A DNA stretch of 64,000 bases from an uncultured Actinomycetota bacterium. GTDB lineage: Bacteria > Actinomycetota > CALGFH01. The translations under genes and the position numbers were made by a program. Positions 1-10,291 of the stretch are shown piece by piece. Within the stretch, counting starts at the first letter, position 1. Each line of letters opens with the position of its first letter. The stretch is taken from positions 1,130 to 65,129 of the forward strand of contig CAVTCL010000023.1 in the NCBI GenBank assembly GCA_963733175.1, given 5' to 3'. The notes beneath the pieces are model-generated. The model did no database searches. It was given only the letters and a program-made list of their open reading frames with translations, and had not been told where the DNA came from.

Positions 1-833
1 GCCGGGCCGCCCGCCGCCCGGCCTCGGCGGCCAGGTCTCCCGGCCCGGCGGCCAGCCGGCGGGCCCGGGCCGCGACCTCGGCCGGGTCGGACCCGACGGC
101 CACGGCCAGCAGCAGCGTCCAGGGTCGCTTCCGGGTCGAGGTCCACGGTCAGGGGCAGCCGGATCGCCAGGCGGCCGTCCCCGGTCGGGCGCAGCGCCAG
201 CCGTCCGTCCCCGGGCCCCAGGGCCTCCAGGCCGGCCACGGCCGCGGCCAGCCCGGCCCCGGGGGCGGCCACCACCAGGGCCCCATCACGCCACCCGGCC
301 GCCATCGCGGGCGGCGGGTCGGGGAGCGGGCCGCCCTCGACCAGCTCGGTCATGGCCGCCCGGCCCAGCCGCAGCCGCCCGGCGAACGCCCCCCGCCAGG
401 CGACCGGGGCCGGGCCGGGGTTGTGGAGCCGCCAGCGCTGCACCACCGACGCCCCGGCGCCGGCCGGCGCCCAGGTGACCACCCGGGCCTCGACCCCGGC
501 GGCGCCGGCCAGGTCGGCGACCGGGATCGAGTCGGCCAGCAGGCCCGGCGCCACCCGCGCCCAGGGCCGTTCGGGGGCCAGCCCGAACCCGGGCGCGGAC
601 GGCTCGGCCAGCGCCGCCCGGTAGGCCCGCACGGCCGGCTGATCGCCCCGCCGCGCGGCCGAGAACGCCGCCGCCCCCTCCAGGGTCAGGTAGCCGAGCC
701 GCCGGTCGAACCCGCCCAGCGCCAGCAGCCGCCCGTCCGGGGCGACCGACGCCGCCACCTCGCCGTTGCCCAGGTCCAGCGGCTTGCCGGCCCGGGCCGG
801 GTCGAGCCACCGCGGCGCGTGGTCCTCGAACAT
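1..833 (-). CDS. hypothetical protein, 5' part only (ORF runs off the left edge of the window)
   Basis: ATG at 833-831 opens a stop-free, high-GC3 frame (MFEDHAPRWLDPARAGKPLDLGNGEV...) that reaches position 1. It is absent from the ORF track because it has no stop in the window. Below ~135 GC3 drops and a neighbouring frame looks better, so there may be a frame break. No family recognised. Confidence 0.4.
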   Translation of the reverse strand, partial: MFEDHAPRWLDPARAGKPLDLGNGEVAASVAPDGRLLALGGFDRRLGYLTLEGAAAFSAARRGDQPAVRAYRAALAEPSAPGFGLAPERPWARVAPGLLADSIPVADLAGAAGVEARVVTWAPAGAGASVVQRWRLHNPGPAPVAWRGAFAGRLRLGRAAMTELVEGGPLPDPPPAMAAGWRDGALVVAAPGAGLAAAVAGLEALGPGDGRLALRPTGDGRLAIRLPLTVDLDPEATLDAAAGRGRRVRPGRGRGPGPPAGRRAGRPGRRGRAAGGP

Positions 834-861
834 TGGCCGATGCTAGCCGCCGGGAGATGAT

Positions 862-2571
862 GTGGGCATGGACCAACCGGGTGCGGCTCCGGCCGGCGGG
901 CACGTCGTCCTGTGCGGCCTGAACGAGCTCGGCTACCGGACCCTGGAGGAGCTGGTCCGCCTCGGCGAGCACGTGGTCGTGGTGGTGCGCTCGCCGGCCG
1001 AGGAGCTGGCCCGCGGGGCCAGGGAGCTGGGGGCGACCCTGGTCCGCGGCAACTACCGGGACCAGGCGGTGCTGCGCGCCGCCGGGGTGCCGTCGGCCAG
1101 CGCCCTGGTCGTCACCGAGGACGACGACGTCGGCAACCTGCACGCCGCCCTGGCCGCCCAGGAGCTCAACCCGGCCCTGCGCATGCGGCTGCGGATGTTC
1201 AACCGGGAGCTGGGCCGGCGGGTGCAGGAGCTGTTCGAGGACTGCCAGGTGTTCGACTCGGCCGCCCTGGCCGTGCCCGCGTTCGTGTCGGCGGCGCTGC
1301 TCCAGGACTGGCAGCAGCGGGTCGAGGTCGACGGCCGGACCCTGGCCGTGCGGCGGGCCGGCGCCGGCGACCCCGGGGTGCTGCTGCCGCTGGCCAGGCT
1401 CCACCCCGACGGCACCGCCGAGCTGTTCCCCGACGGCGAGGACGAGGTGCTGTGCCTGGCCGAGGCGCCGCCGGCGCCCACCCGCCGCGGCCGGCACCCG
1501 GAGCGCCGCGCCCTGGAGCAGCCCGGCCGGGTGGCCGCCGCCTGGACGGTGCTGCTCGGCGCCGACGTCCGCCTGCGGGTGACGGCGGCGATCGTCCTCG
1601 GCCTGACCGTGACCGGCATCGCCGTCTTCTGGTGGTTCTCCGGGCAGGACCTCGACCTGATCGACGCCATCTACTTCACGGTCACGATCATGACCACCAC
1701 CGGCTTCGGCGACATCCACCTGCGCGACGCGCCGCCGGCGCTGCAGCTGTACGGGGTCGCCCTGATGCTGTCGGGCACCGCCGCCCTGGCGATCCTGTTC
1801 GCGCTGATCACCGACGCGCTGATCAGCGCCCGGCTGGCCCGCGTCCTCGGCGCCAGCATCCCCCGCGGCCTGCACGACCACGTGGTCGTCTGCGGGCTGG
1901 GCAACATCGGCTACCGCATGGTCGAGCAGCTCCACGACCTGGGGGTGCCGGTCGTCGCCGCCGAGCTGCACGAGACCAACCGATACCTGCCGGCGGTGCG
2001 CCGCCTCGGCGTCCCGGTGCTGGTGGCCGACATCCGCCTGCCCGAGACCCTTGAGGTCCTGCACGTCGGGCGGGCCCGCTCGGTGGTGGTGGTCACCTCC
2101 AGCGACATCGTCAACCTGGAGACGGCCCTCAACATCCAGGCGCTCAACCCCGACATCCGGGTGGTGCAGCGGCTGTTCGACCCCGACCTGGCCGCCAGGG
2201 TCGAGCGGGCCTTCGGTTTCCACATCTCCCGCAGCCCCTCGGCCCTGGCCGCCCCGGCCTTCGCCGCCGCCGCGGCCGGCGAGCACGTGCTGGCCACGAT
2301 CGCGGTCGGGGCGGAGGTCCTGGCCGTGGCCCGCCTCCGGGTCGAGCCGGGCTGCCGGGCCGAGGGCCGCACCGTGGCCGAGCTGGAGGCCGCCGCCGGC
2401 AGCCGGGTCCTGCTGCTGGTCGTTGACGGCGGTCCCGGCCCGAGCTGGCACCCCGACGGCGCCACCCGACTGGCCGGCGGCGCCGAGCTGGTCGTGGTCG
2501 TCCCCCGCGGCCAGCTGGGCCGCATCCTGGCCTGGACCGAGACCGGCACCCCCGCCACCCGCCATCCCTGA
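862..2571 (+). CDS. potassium channel protein with flanking TrkA-N/RCK NAD-binding domains
   Basis: 569-aa ORF. Rossmann-type RCK segments (VVLCGLNELG..., VVVCGLGNIG...) flank a 2-TM pore with K+ selectivity filter TVTIMTTTGFGD. A TrkA-C-like tail follows. Confidence 0.85.
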   Translation: MGMDQPGAAPAGGHVVLCGLNELGYRTLEELVRLGEHVVVVVRSPAEELARGARELGATLVRGNYRDQAVLRAAGVPSASALVVTEDDDVGNLHAALAAQELNPALRMRLRMFNRELGRRVQELFEDCQVFDSAALAVPAFVSAALLQDWQQRVEVDGRTLAVRRAGAGDPGVLLPLARLHPDGTAELFPDGEDEVLCLAEAPPAPTRRGRHPERRALEQPGRVAAAWTVLLGADVRLRVTAAIVLGLTVTGIAVFWWFSGQDLDLIDAIYFTVTIMTTTGFGDIHLRDAPPALQLYGVALMLSGTAALAILFALITDALISARLARVLGASIPRGLHDHVVVCGLGNIGYRMVEQLHDLGVPVVAAELHETNRYLPAVRRLGVPVLVADIRLPETLEVLHVGRARSVVVVTSSDIVNLETALNIQALNPDIRVVQRLFDPDLAARVERAFGFHISRSPSALAAPAFAAAAAGEHVLATIAVGAEVLAVARLRVEPGCRAEGRTVAELEAAAGSRVLLLVVDGGPGPSWHPDGATRLAGGAELVVVVPRGQLGRILAWTETGTPATRHP

Positions 2572-2593
2572 CCCAGCACCCAGGAGGCCGTCC

Positions 2594-3208
2594 ATGCCAG
2601 CTTCGCTCCCCCGACTCCTCGGCTACGCCGCCGCCGGCGCCGGGGTGGCCGCGGCCGGCTACATCGGGCTGGTGACCGGCGCGCTCCCGGTCGACCTGGG
2701 CGTCGGTCGGCGCACCCGGCCGCTGGGACCGCAGCAGCTGGAGATCGCCGCCCCCCGCGAGCTCGTCTTCGACCTCATCGCCCAGCCCTACCTGGGCCGG
2801 GCCCCGCGGGCCATGGCCGACAAGCTCCGGGTGCTGGAACGCGGCAGCGACATGGCCCTGGCGGCCCACTTCACCCCCCTCGGCGGGCGGCTCGGCCTGG
2901 TCGCCCAGACGGTCGAGACGGTCCGCTTCACCCGCCCCGAGCGGGTCGACTTCCGGCTCGTCCGCGGGCCGGTGCCGCACGTCGTGGAGGCGTTCGTGCT
3001 CACCGGGCAGGCGGGCGGCGCCGGCACCAGGCTGGTCTACGACGGGGAGATCGGCGCCGACCTCTGGGGGGCGGGGGAGCGGTGGTGCGCGCTGGTCGCC
3101 CGCCGCTGGGAGCAGGCCGTCGCCAGCTCGCTGGCCGGCGTCAAGGCCGAGGCCGAACGGCGCGCCTCGACCTCCGCGGCCCGCCGCCGTCCCACCGACC
3201 AGGAGTGA
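2594..3208 (+). CDS. SRPBCC (polyketide cyclase/START-like) family protein with N-terminal hydrophobic anchor
   Basis: ATG 2594 preceded by AGGAGG (2582-2587). It lies in the frame of ORF 2051..3208. The pattern LEIAAPRELVFDLI...VRFTRPERVDFRLVRGP...LVYDGEIG...SLAGVKAEAERR is typical of SRPBCC proteins. Confidence 0.65.
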   Translation: MPASLPRLLGYAAAGAGVAAAGYIGLVTGALPVDLGVGRRTRPLGPQQLEIAAPRELVFDLIAQPYLGRAPRAMADKLRVLERGSDMALAAHFTPLGGRLGLVAQTVETVRFTRPERVDFRLVRGPVPHVVEAFVLTGQAGGAGTRLVYDGEIGADLWGAGERWCALVARRWEQAVASSLAGVKAEAERRASTSAARRRPTDQE

Positions 3209-3384
3209 TGCCGCCACCCCCGCTGGCGACGACGCCGACGCTGACGGTGACCATGACTTGGGGTACCAGACCCGCAGAACCGGGTCAATAGGGCGAACGC
3301 GTTGCCCGACCCGCCGCTCCGGCGGACCGTGCATCATGGGATGCGCCATACCCGACGGCCGGACGGTGAGGAGGTGCTGCTCGC

Positions 3385-4372
3385 GTGAGGATCGAATCCT
3401 CGGTGATCTCGGTGTCGTGGATCCCCAGGGAGGCCATCGAGGGGGTGGTGAAGCTGCCCTTCGAGCTGGGCGTGGCCCACTACGACCTGCCGCCGCCCGA
3501 CCGGCTGGACGACCTGGAGGGCCTGCTCGGCTCCAGCGCCATCCGCTTCGCCAACGAGCTGCGGGCCTTCATCGAGGTCGACGGCGACGGCCGGGTCACC
3601 GGGCACGGGCACCTCGGCCGGGGCCACATGGGCCACACCCGCATGCGGCTGGCCGGGATCGGCCTGACCTTCGGCGGGGTCAGCTTCCCCGACCTGCGCG
3701 GGGAGCCCGAGGTCGGCGACGGCGTGGTCCGCTTCACCCAGACGGCCGGCGGCCAGCCGGGCATGCCGTCGCCCCGGCGGGTCCGGCGGCGGCCCTACCT
3801 CCAGGTCTCGGGGCCGGTGGTGTGGTCGACGCTGGCCCTCACCATCCGCGCCGACGGGACCGCCGACTTCGAGGTGGTCGGGGCCAGCTCGTTCCCGCGC
3901 CACTGGATCTACGGCCACGACGGGACCCTGCAGGCCAAGACGGGCCTGATCGACTTCGACACCTGGTACCGGGAGTCGTTCGGCGAGAAGAACCCGTGGG
4001 GCGACGAGGAGTCGCCGACGGTGGTCACCGCCGTGGAGACCGAGCTGGAACGGGAGCTGTCGGCCATCATCATCGGCTCCGACCCGCCGTTCCGGCGGCT
4101 GCGCGCCGGCGAGGCCCTCGTCGAGCAGGGCGAGGCCGGCGACGAGCCTGTTCCTGCTGTTCGACGGGGTCCTGGCCGTCGAGCAGGACGGCCGGCAGGT
4201 GGCCGAGGTCGGCCCCGGCGCCATCCTGGGCGAGATGGCCCTGCTGGAAGGGGGCCGCCGGACGGCGACCCTGCGGGCCGTGACCCGCTGCCGGGTGGCG
4301 GTCGTGCCCGGCGACCGGGTCGACCGGGCCGCCCTGGCCGAGGTGGCAAGGCGCCGCCGGGACGGCGGCTGA
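3385..4372 (+). pseudogene. cyclic-nucleotide-binding domain protein with unrecognised ~230-aa N-terminal domain; frame broken near 4147 (frameshift or 1-nt assembly error)
   Basis: ORF 3385.. is protein-like up to ...LRAGEALVEQGEAGDE. After one extra C at ~4147 the cNMP-binding consensus continues in the next frame (LFLLFDGVLAVEQDGRQVAEVGPGAILGEMALLEGGRRTATLRAVTRCRVAVV) to TGA 4370-4372. Confidence 0.75.
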
Positions 4373-4381
4373 GCGGCGACC

Positions 4382-7300
4382 ATGCTGACCTGCGCGAACT
4401 GCGGCGAGCAGAACCCGGAGCGGGCCCGGTTCTGCCTCAACTGCGGCGCCGCCCTGGCCTCCGAGCAGCGGCGCGGCGCCCGCAAGGTGGTCACGGTGGT
4501 GGTCTGCGACGTGACCGGCTCGACGGCGCTGGGCGAGCGGCTGGACCCGGAGTCGCTGGGGCGGGTCATGGCCCGCTACTTCGAGCGGACCAGGGCGGTG
4601 CTGGAGCGCCACCACGGGCTGGTGCAGAAGTTCATCGGGGACGCGGTGGTGGCCACCTTCGGGGTCCCGGTGGTCCGCGAGGACGACGCCCTGCGGGCGG
4701 TCAGGGCGGCCGCGGCCATGCAGGACGCGGTGGCCGACCTGGACGAGGCGGGCGGGCCGGCGATCGAGGTCCGCATCGGGGTCGCCACCGGCGAGGTGAT
4801 GGTCGAGGAGGGCGGCGGCGACCCGCTGGTCATCGGCGAGGCCGTCAACCTGGCGACCCGCCTCCAGGCCGCCGCCGGCCCCGGGGAGGTGCTGCTGGAC
4901 CGCCGGACCTGGCATCTGTCCCGCGACGCCCTGGTCGCGGCCGAGGTGGACGGGTCGGCGCCTCGGACGGCCCCGGGGACGGGCCTGGCGGCTGGTCGAC
5001 GTGTCCCCGGACGCCCTCGGGCACGCCCGGCGCTCGGACAACCCGCTGGTGGGCCGGCTGGCCGAGCTGCAGCTGTTCGACTGGATGTTCCAGCGGGCGG
5101 TCAGGACCTCGACCTGCCACCTGCTGACCGTGCTCGGCCCGGCCGGGGTCGGCAAGTCGCGGCTGGTCGCGGCGGCCGTCGACGCCATCGGCGACGCCGC
5201 CACCGTGCTGTCCGGCCAGTGCTCCTCGGGGGTCGAGGGGAGCAGCTTCTGGCCGCTGGCCGAGATCGTCCGCCGGGCCGCCGAGATCAAGACGGCCGAC
5301 TCGCCCGAGCAGGCCGAGGCCAAGCTGGAGGCGCTGCTCGACGACCCCGACGGCGAGCGGGTCACCGACCGGCTGGGGCGGCTGATCGGGCTGCGGCCGG
5401 CGCCGGTGACCTCCGAGGACGCCCTGTGGGCGGTGCGGCGGTTCCTGGAGGTGCTGGCCGACCGGCACCCGCTGGTGGTGGTGATCGACGACCTCCACTG
5501 GGCCCAGCCGGCCCTGCTCGACCTGCTCGAGCAGGTCGTGGCCCAGGCCAGGGAGGCGAGCATCCTGGTGGTGGCCGTGGCCCGGCCCGAGCTGCTGGAG
5601 CAGCGGCCCGGCTGGTCGGGCGGGCGCCTGAACGCCAGCACCATGCTGCTGGAGCCGCTGGCCGCCGAGGAGTCGGCGACCCTGCTGGAGCACCTGGCCG
5701 GGGAGGCGGCCCTGCCCAGCGACGCCACCGACCGCATCACCCGGACCGCCGAGGGCAACCCGCTGTTCCTCGAGGAGCTGCTGGCCATGCTGATCGAGGA
5801 GGGCCGGCTGCGCCGCGACGGCGGCCGCTGGGTGGCCGACGACCTGGCCGCCGCGACCACCCCGCCGACCATCCAGGCGCTGCTGGCCGCCCGGCTGGAC
5901 CGCCTGGCCGGCGAGGAGCGGGCCCTGCTGGACCGCGCCTCGGTCATGGGCCAGGCCTTCGACCGGGCGGCCGTGCTCGCCCTCACCCCCGAGCCGGCGC
6001 GGGCCGCGGCCGACGCCCACCTGCTGGCCCTGGTCCGCAAGGAGCTGCTGCGCCCGGCCCAGGCGCCCCTGGGCGGCCGCGACGGCTTCCAGTTCCGCCA
6101 CCAGCTCGTCCGGGACGCCGCCTACGACTCGCTGCCCAAGCAGACCCGGGCCGAGCTGCACGAGCGCTACGCCGCCTGGCTGGCCCAGGCGTATGCGGCC
6201 CGCGGCGGCGAGGTCGGGGAGGTGCTCGGCTGGCACCTGGAGCGGGCCTACCGGTTCCTGACCGAGCTCGGCCCGGTGGACGCCCACGGCCGCCAGGTCG
6301 CCGAGGCCGCCGCGGCCCAGCTGGCCGCGGCCGGCCACCTCGCCACCGGCCGCGGCGACCTGCCGGCCGCCGCCAACCTGCTGGAGCGGGCCATCGCCCT
6401 GCTCCCGCCGGGCGACCGGACCAGGCTGCGGCTGCTCACCGACCTGGGCGAGGTCCTGATCCTCAACGTCGAGACCGAGCGGGCCCAGCGGGTCCTCGAC
6501 GAGGTCATGGCCGCCGCCGAGCGCACCGGCGACCGGGGGCTGGCCGCCCACGCCAGCCTGGGCAAGCTGGAGCTGCGCCTCGACTCGCCCGACCGGGGCC
6601 CCGACCGCTACCGGGCCGACGTCCAGCAGGTCCTCTCGCTCCTGGAGGACCTCGGCGACGAGCAGGGCCAGTCGCGCGCCTGGCGGCTGCTGGGGCTGGA
6701 CAGCTACCTGCGCTGCCGCGTCGGCCGGGCCGAGGACGAGTTCCAGCGGGCGGTCGAGCACGCCCGCGCCGCCGGCGACGAGCGGGTCGAGGCCGGCAAC
6801 CTGTACGCCCTGGTGCAGGCGGCGTTCTGGGGGCCGACCCCGGTCGCCGAGGGGATCCGCCGCTGCCAGGAGATCCGCGGCCGGGCCGAGGGCAGCTACC
6901 GGGTGGAGATGTCGGCGCTCCACACCCTGGCCGGGCTGCACGCCATGGCCGGCGAGTTCGACCGGGCCCGCGAGCTCGGCGACCAGGCCGTGCAGATCGC
7001 GGACAAGCTCGGACCGAGCCGCTTCGCCGCCCTGTGCAGCCAGTTCCTCGGCCAGGTGGAGCTGCTGGCCGGCGACCCGGGGGCGGCCGCGCGCTGGCTG
7101 CGCTGGGGCGCCGGCATCCTGGAGCGGATGGGGGAGCGGGGGCTGCGCTCGGAGCTCACCGCCAACCTGGCCAGGGCGCTGGCCGCCCAGGGCCTGGACG
7201 ACGAGGCCGTGGAGCAGGCCGCCCTCAGCGGCGAGCTGGCCGTCCGCGACGACCTGTACGCCCAGGTCGAGCGGCGCGGCCCCCTGGCCGCGGTGCTGGC

Positions 7301-7532
7301 CAGGCGGGGCCGGCTGGAGGAGGCCGAGCGGCTGGCCGCCGAGGCGGTCGCGCTGGGCGCCGACAGCGACATGCTGGCCATGCAGGCCGGCGCCCTGCTC
7401 GACCTGGCCAGGGTGCTGCGGCTGGCCGGCCGGCCCGCCGAGGCGGAGCCGCTGGCCCGCCAGGCGCTCGCCCTGGCCGAGCGCAAGGGCCACGTGGTGG
7501 CCGCCGCCCAGGCACGGGAGCTGCTCGGGTGA
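4382..7532 (+). pseudogene. zinc-ribbon / class III adenylate-guanylate cyclase / P-loop STAND ATPase / TPR signalling protein; frame broken at ~4950-4985
   Basis: N-terminus CANCGEQNPERARFCLNCG (zinc ribbon). Cyclase motifs VVVCDVTGSTAL, KFIGDAVVATFG, GEAVNLATRLQ in the frame of ORF 4382... The protein continues in ORF 5001..7532 (AWRLVDV..., Walker A GPAGVGKS, DDLHWA, long TPR-like C-terminus). Confidence 0.8.
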
Positions 7533-10287
7533 CGGATACGGGGGTGCGGGTCGAGCCCCGGCCCGCCGAGGAGATGCCGGGGCGCTGCGGCGGGACGTGC
7601 GGCTGCTCGGGGGGCTGCTCGGGCGGGTGCTGGAGGAGGCCGGCGGGCCGGGGCTGCTGGAGGACGTGGAACGCCTGCGGCGGGCGACCATCGCCCTGCG
7701 GGCGGCCGACGGCGGGCGCCGCCAGGCCAGGGCCCGGGTGGTCGAGCTGGTCGCCGGCTTCGACCAGGACCGGGCCGAGCTGCTGGCCCGGGCCTTCACC
7801 GTCTACTTCCAGCTCGTCAACCTGGCCGAGGAGCAGCACCGGGTCCGGACCCTGCGCGAGCGCCGCCAGCAGGGCGGGCAGGTGCGGGAGTCGTTCGAGG
7901 CCGCCGTGGCCGAGGTCAGGGACGCGGCCGGCGAGGACGGCCTGGCCAGGCTGCTCGACCGGCTCGAGGTGGCGCCCGTGCTCACCGCCCACCCGACCGA
8001 GGCCAGGCGCCGGGCGGTGGTCGACGCCCTGCGCCGGATCGCCGTCGAGCTGGCCCGCCTTGACGCCCCCCGGCTGCCCGGCGACGACCAGGCGACGGCC
8101 ACCCGCCGGCTGCTGGAGGAGATCACCGGCCTGTGGCGCACCGCCCAGCTCCGCCGCGACCGGCCGAGCCCGCTGGACGAGGTCCGCTCGGTCATGGCCG
8201 TGTTCGACGCCACCCTGTTCCGGCTGGTGCCCGCCACCTACCGGGCGCTGGAGCAGGCCGTGTCCGGGGAGGCCGCCGGGACCGGGCCGCCGCCGTTCCC
8301 CGCCTACCTCCACTGGGGGAGCTGGGTGGGTGGCGACCGCGACGGCAACCCCAGCGTCACCGCCGAGACCACCAGGACGGCCATGGCCATCCAGGCCGAC
8401 CACGTGCTGCGCGGGCTGGAGCGCGGTCACCAGGCGGGTCGGCCACGCCCTGACCGTCGGCCGGCAGCTCGACCCCGCCGTCGGAGGAGCTGCTCGCCTC
8501 CCTCGACCGCGACACCGCCGCCTTCCCGGGCCCGGCCGCCGCCATCGCCACCCGCTGGCCGGACGAGCCCTACCTCCAGAAGCTGCTGCTGGCGGCCGAG
8601 CGGCTGGCCGCCACCCGCGCCGCCCTGCTCGGCGGCGGTCCCCCGGGCCGGCCCGGCCGTGGTTACCGGGACGCGGGCGAGTTCCTGGCCGACGTGCGCC
8701 TGGTCCAGGCGTCGCTGGCCGCGGCCGGGGCGGCCCGGCTGGCCTACGGGGAGCTTCAGCACCTGGCCTGGCAGGCCGAGACGTTCGGCTTCCACCTGGC
8801 CTCCCTGGAGGTCCGCCAGCACGCCGCCGTCCACGCCCAGGCCCTGGCCGAGCTGGCCCCCGGGGCCGCCGGCGACGCCGCCGCCCTCGACCGGCTGGCC
8901 GTCGAGGGCTGGGGACCTGTCGGCGTCCCTCGGGACGGCGTCGCCGCCGAGGTGCTGGAGACCCTGCGGGTGATGGCCGAGCTGCAGGCCCGCTACGGCG
9001 CCGACGCCTGCCGCCGCTACGTGGTGAGCTTCAGCCGCACCGCCGCCGACCTGGCCGCCGTCCGGGCCCTGGCCCGGCTGGCCGTGCCCGACGGCCCGCT
9101 GGAGCTGGACGTGGTGCCGCTGTTCGAGTCCCGGGCCGACCTCGAGCGGGCCTGCCGACGTGCTCGACGAGTACCTTGCCCTTCCCGGGGCGGCCGCCTG
9201 GCTGGAGCGCCGGGGCCGGCGCCTGGAGGTCATGCTCGGCTACTCGGACTCGGCCAAGGACGCCGGCTTCCTCGCCGCCAACCTGGCCCTGTACCGGGCC
9301 CAGGGCGCCCTGGCCGCCTGGGCGGCGGCGCGCGGCATCGACCTGGTCCTGTTCCACGGCCGCGGCGGCGCCCTCGGCCGCGGCGGCGGCCCGGCCGGCC
9401 GGGCGGTGCGCGGCCAGGCCCCCGGGTCGGTCGCCGGGCGCTTCAAGGTCACCGAGCAGGGCGAGGTCATCTACGCCCGCTACGGCAACCTGGCCATCGG
9501 CCACCGCCACCTGGAGCAGGTCACCAACGCCGTCCTGGGCGCCTCCACCACCGGCGCCCGGGCCGCCGTGGCCGCCGCCGAGGACCGCTACCTGCCGACC
9601 GCCGCCGCCATGGCCGGCGCCGCCGAGGCGGCCTGGCGCGGGCTGGTGGAACGCGACGGCTTCGCCGAGTTCTTCGCCACGGTCACCCCGATCAAGGAGC
9701 TGGGCCTGCTGCGGATCGGGTCGCGCCCGGCCCGCCGCGACGGCGACAAGGCCGAGGCGGCCGGCGGCGACCTGGTCGACCTCCGGGCCATCCCGTGGGT
9801 GTTCGCCTGGAGCCAGAACCGCTGCAACCTGCCCGGCTGGTACGGGCTCGGCACCGGGCTGGAGGTGGTCGCCCACCAACCCCAAGGGCTGGCCCTGCTG
9901 CGCGAGATGTACGCCGGGTGGCCGTTCTTCCGGTCGCTGATCGAGAACGCCGAGATGAGCCTGGCCAAGGCCGACCCGCTGGTGGCCGAGTCCTACCTGG
10001 AGCTGGGCGGGCGGCCCGACCTGGTCGCCGCCATCCGCGAGGAGTTCCGCCGCACCCGGGCGCTGGTCACCGAGACCACCGGGGCCGGGCGGCTGCTCGG
10101 CCACCGGCCGGTGCTGCGCCAGGCCGTCGACCTCCGCAACCCGTACGTCGACGCGCTCTCGTTCCTCCAGGTCCGCTTCCTCACCGACCTGCGCAACGGC
10201 CTGTCCGGCCCCGAGGCGGCCAGGGCCGCCGACCTGGTCCTGCTCACCGTCAACGGCGTCGCCGCCGGCCTCCAGAACACCGGCTGA
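7529..10287 (+). pseudogene. ppc: phosphoenolpyruvate carboxylase, reading frame broken about four times
   Basis: PEPC hallmarks VLTAHPTE, GSWVGGDRDGNP, MLGYSDSAKDAG, FHGRGGALGRGGGP and C-terminal NGVAAGLQNTG. GTG 7529 overlaps the upstream stop (GTGA). Conserved sequence hops between frames near 7580, 8428, 8479 and 9155. Confidence 0.85.
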
Positions 10288-10291
10288 CCCG

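Noticed and set aside
286-2595. 769-aa minus-strand ORF
   Set aside because: It is antisense or out of frame to the well-supported K+ channel gene. The composition is low-complexity G/A/R/P/D, which is typical of a stop-poor shadow ORF in GC-rich DNA.
3209-3384. Possible riboswitch or terminator in the 176-nt gap before the cNMP-binding gene
   Set aside because: There is only a weak 6-bp stem (CCGCCG..CGGCGG) and no recognisable riboswitch core.
4382-9940. 1852-aa ORF, the longest in the track
   Set aside because: Only its first ~190 aa (cyclase N-terminus) and short internal stretches (ppc pieces) are real. The rest is Arg/Pro/Gly-rich translation of the wrong frame of a high-GC region. 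The conserved protein sequences of the STAND ATPase and PEPC lie in other frames.
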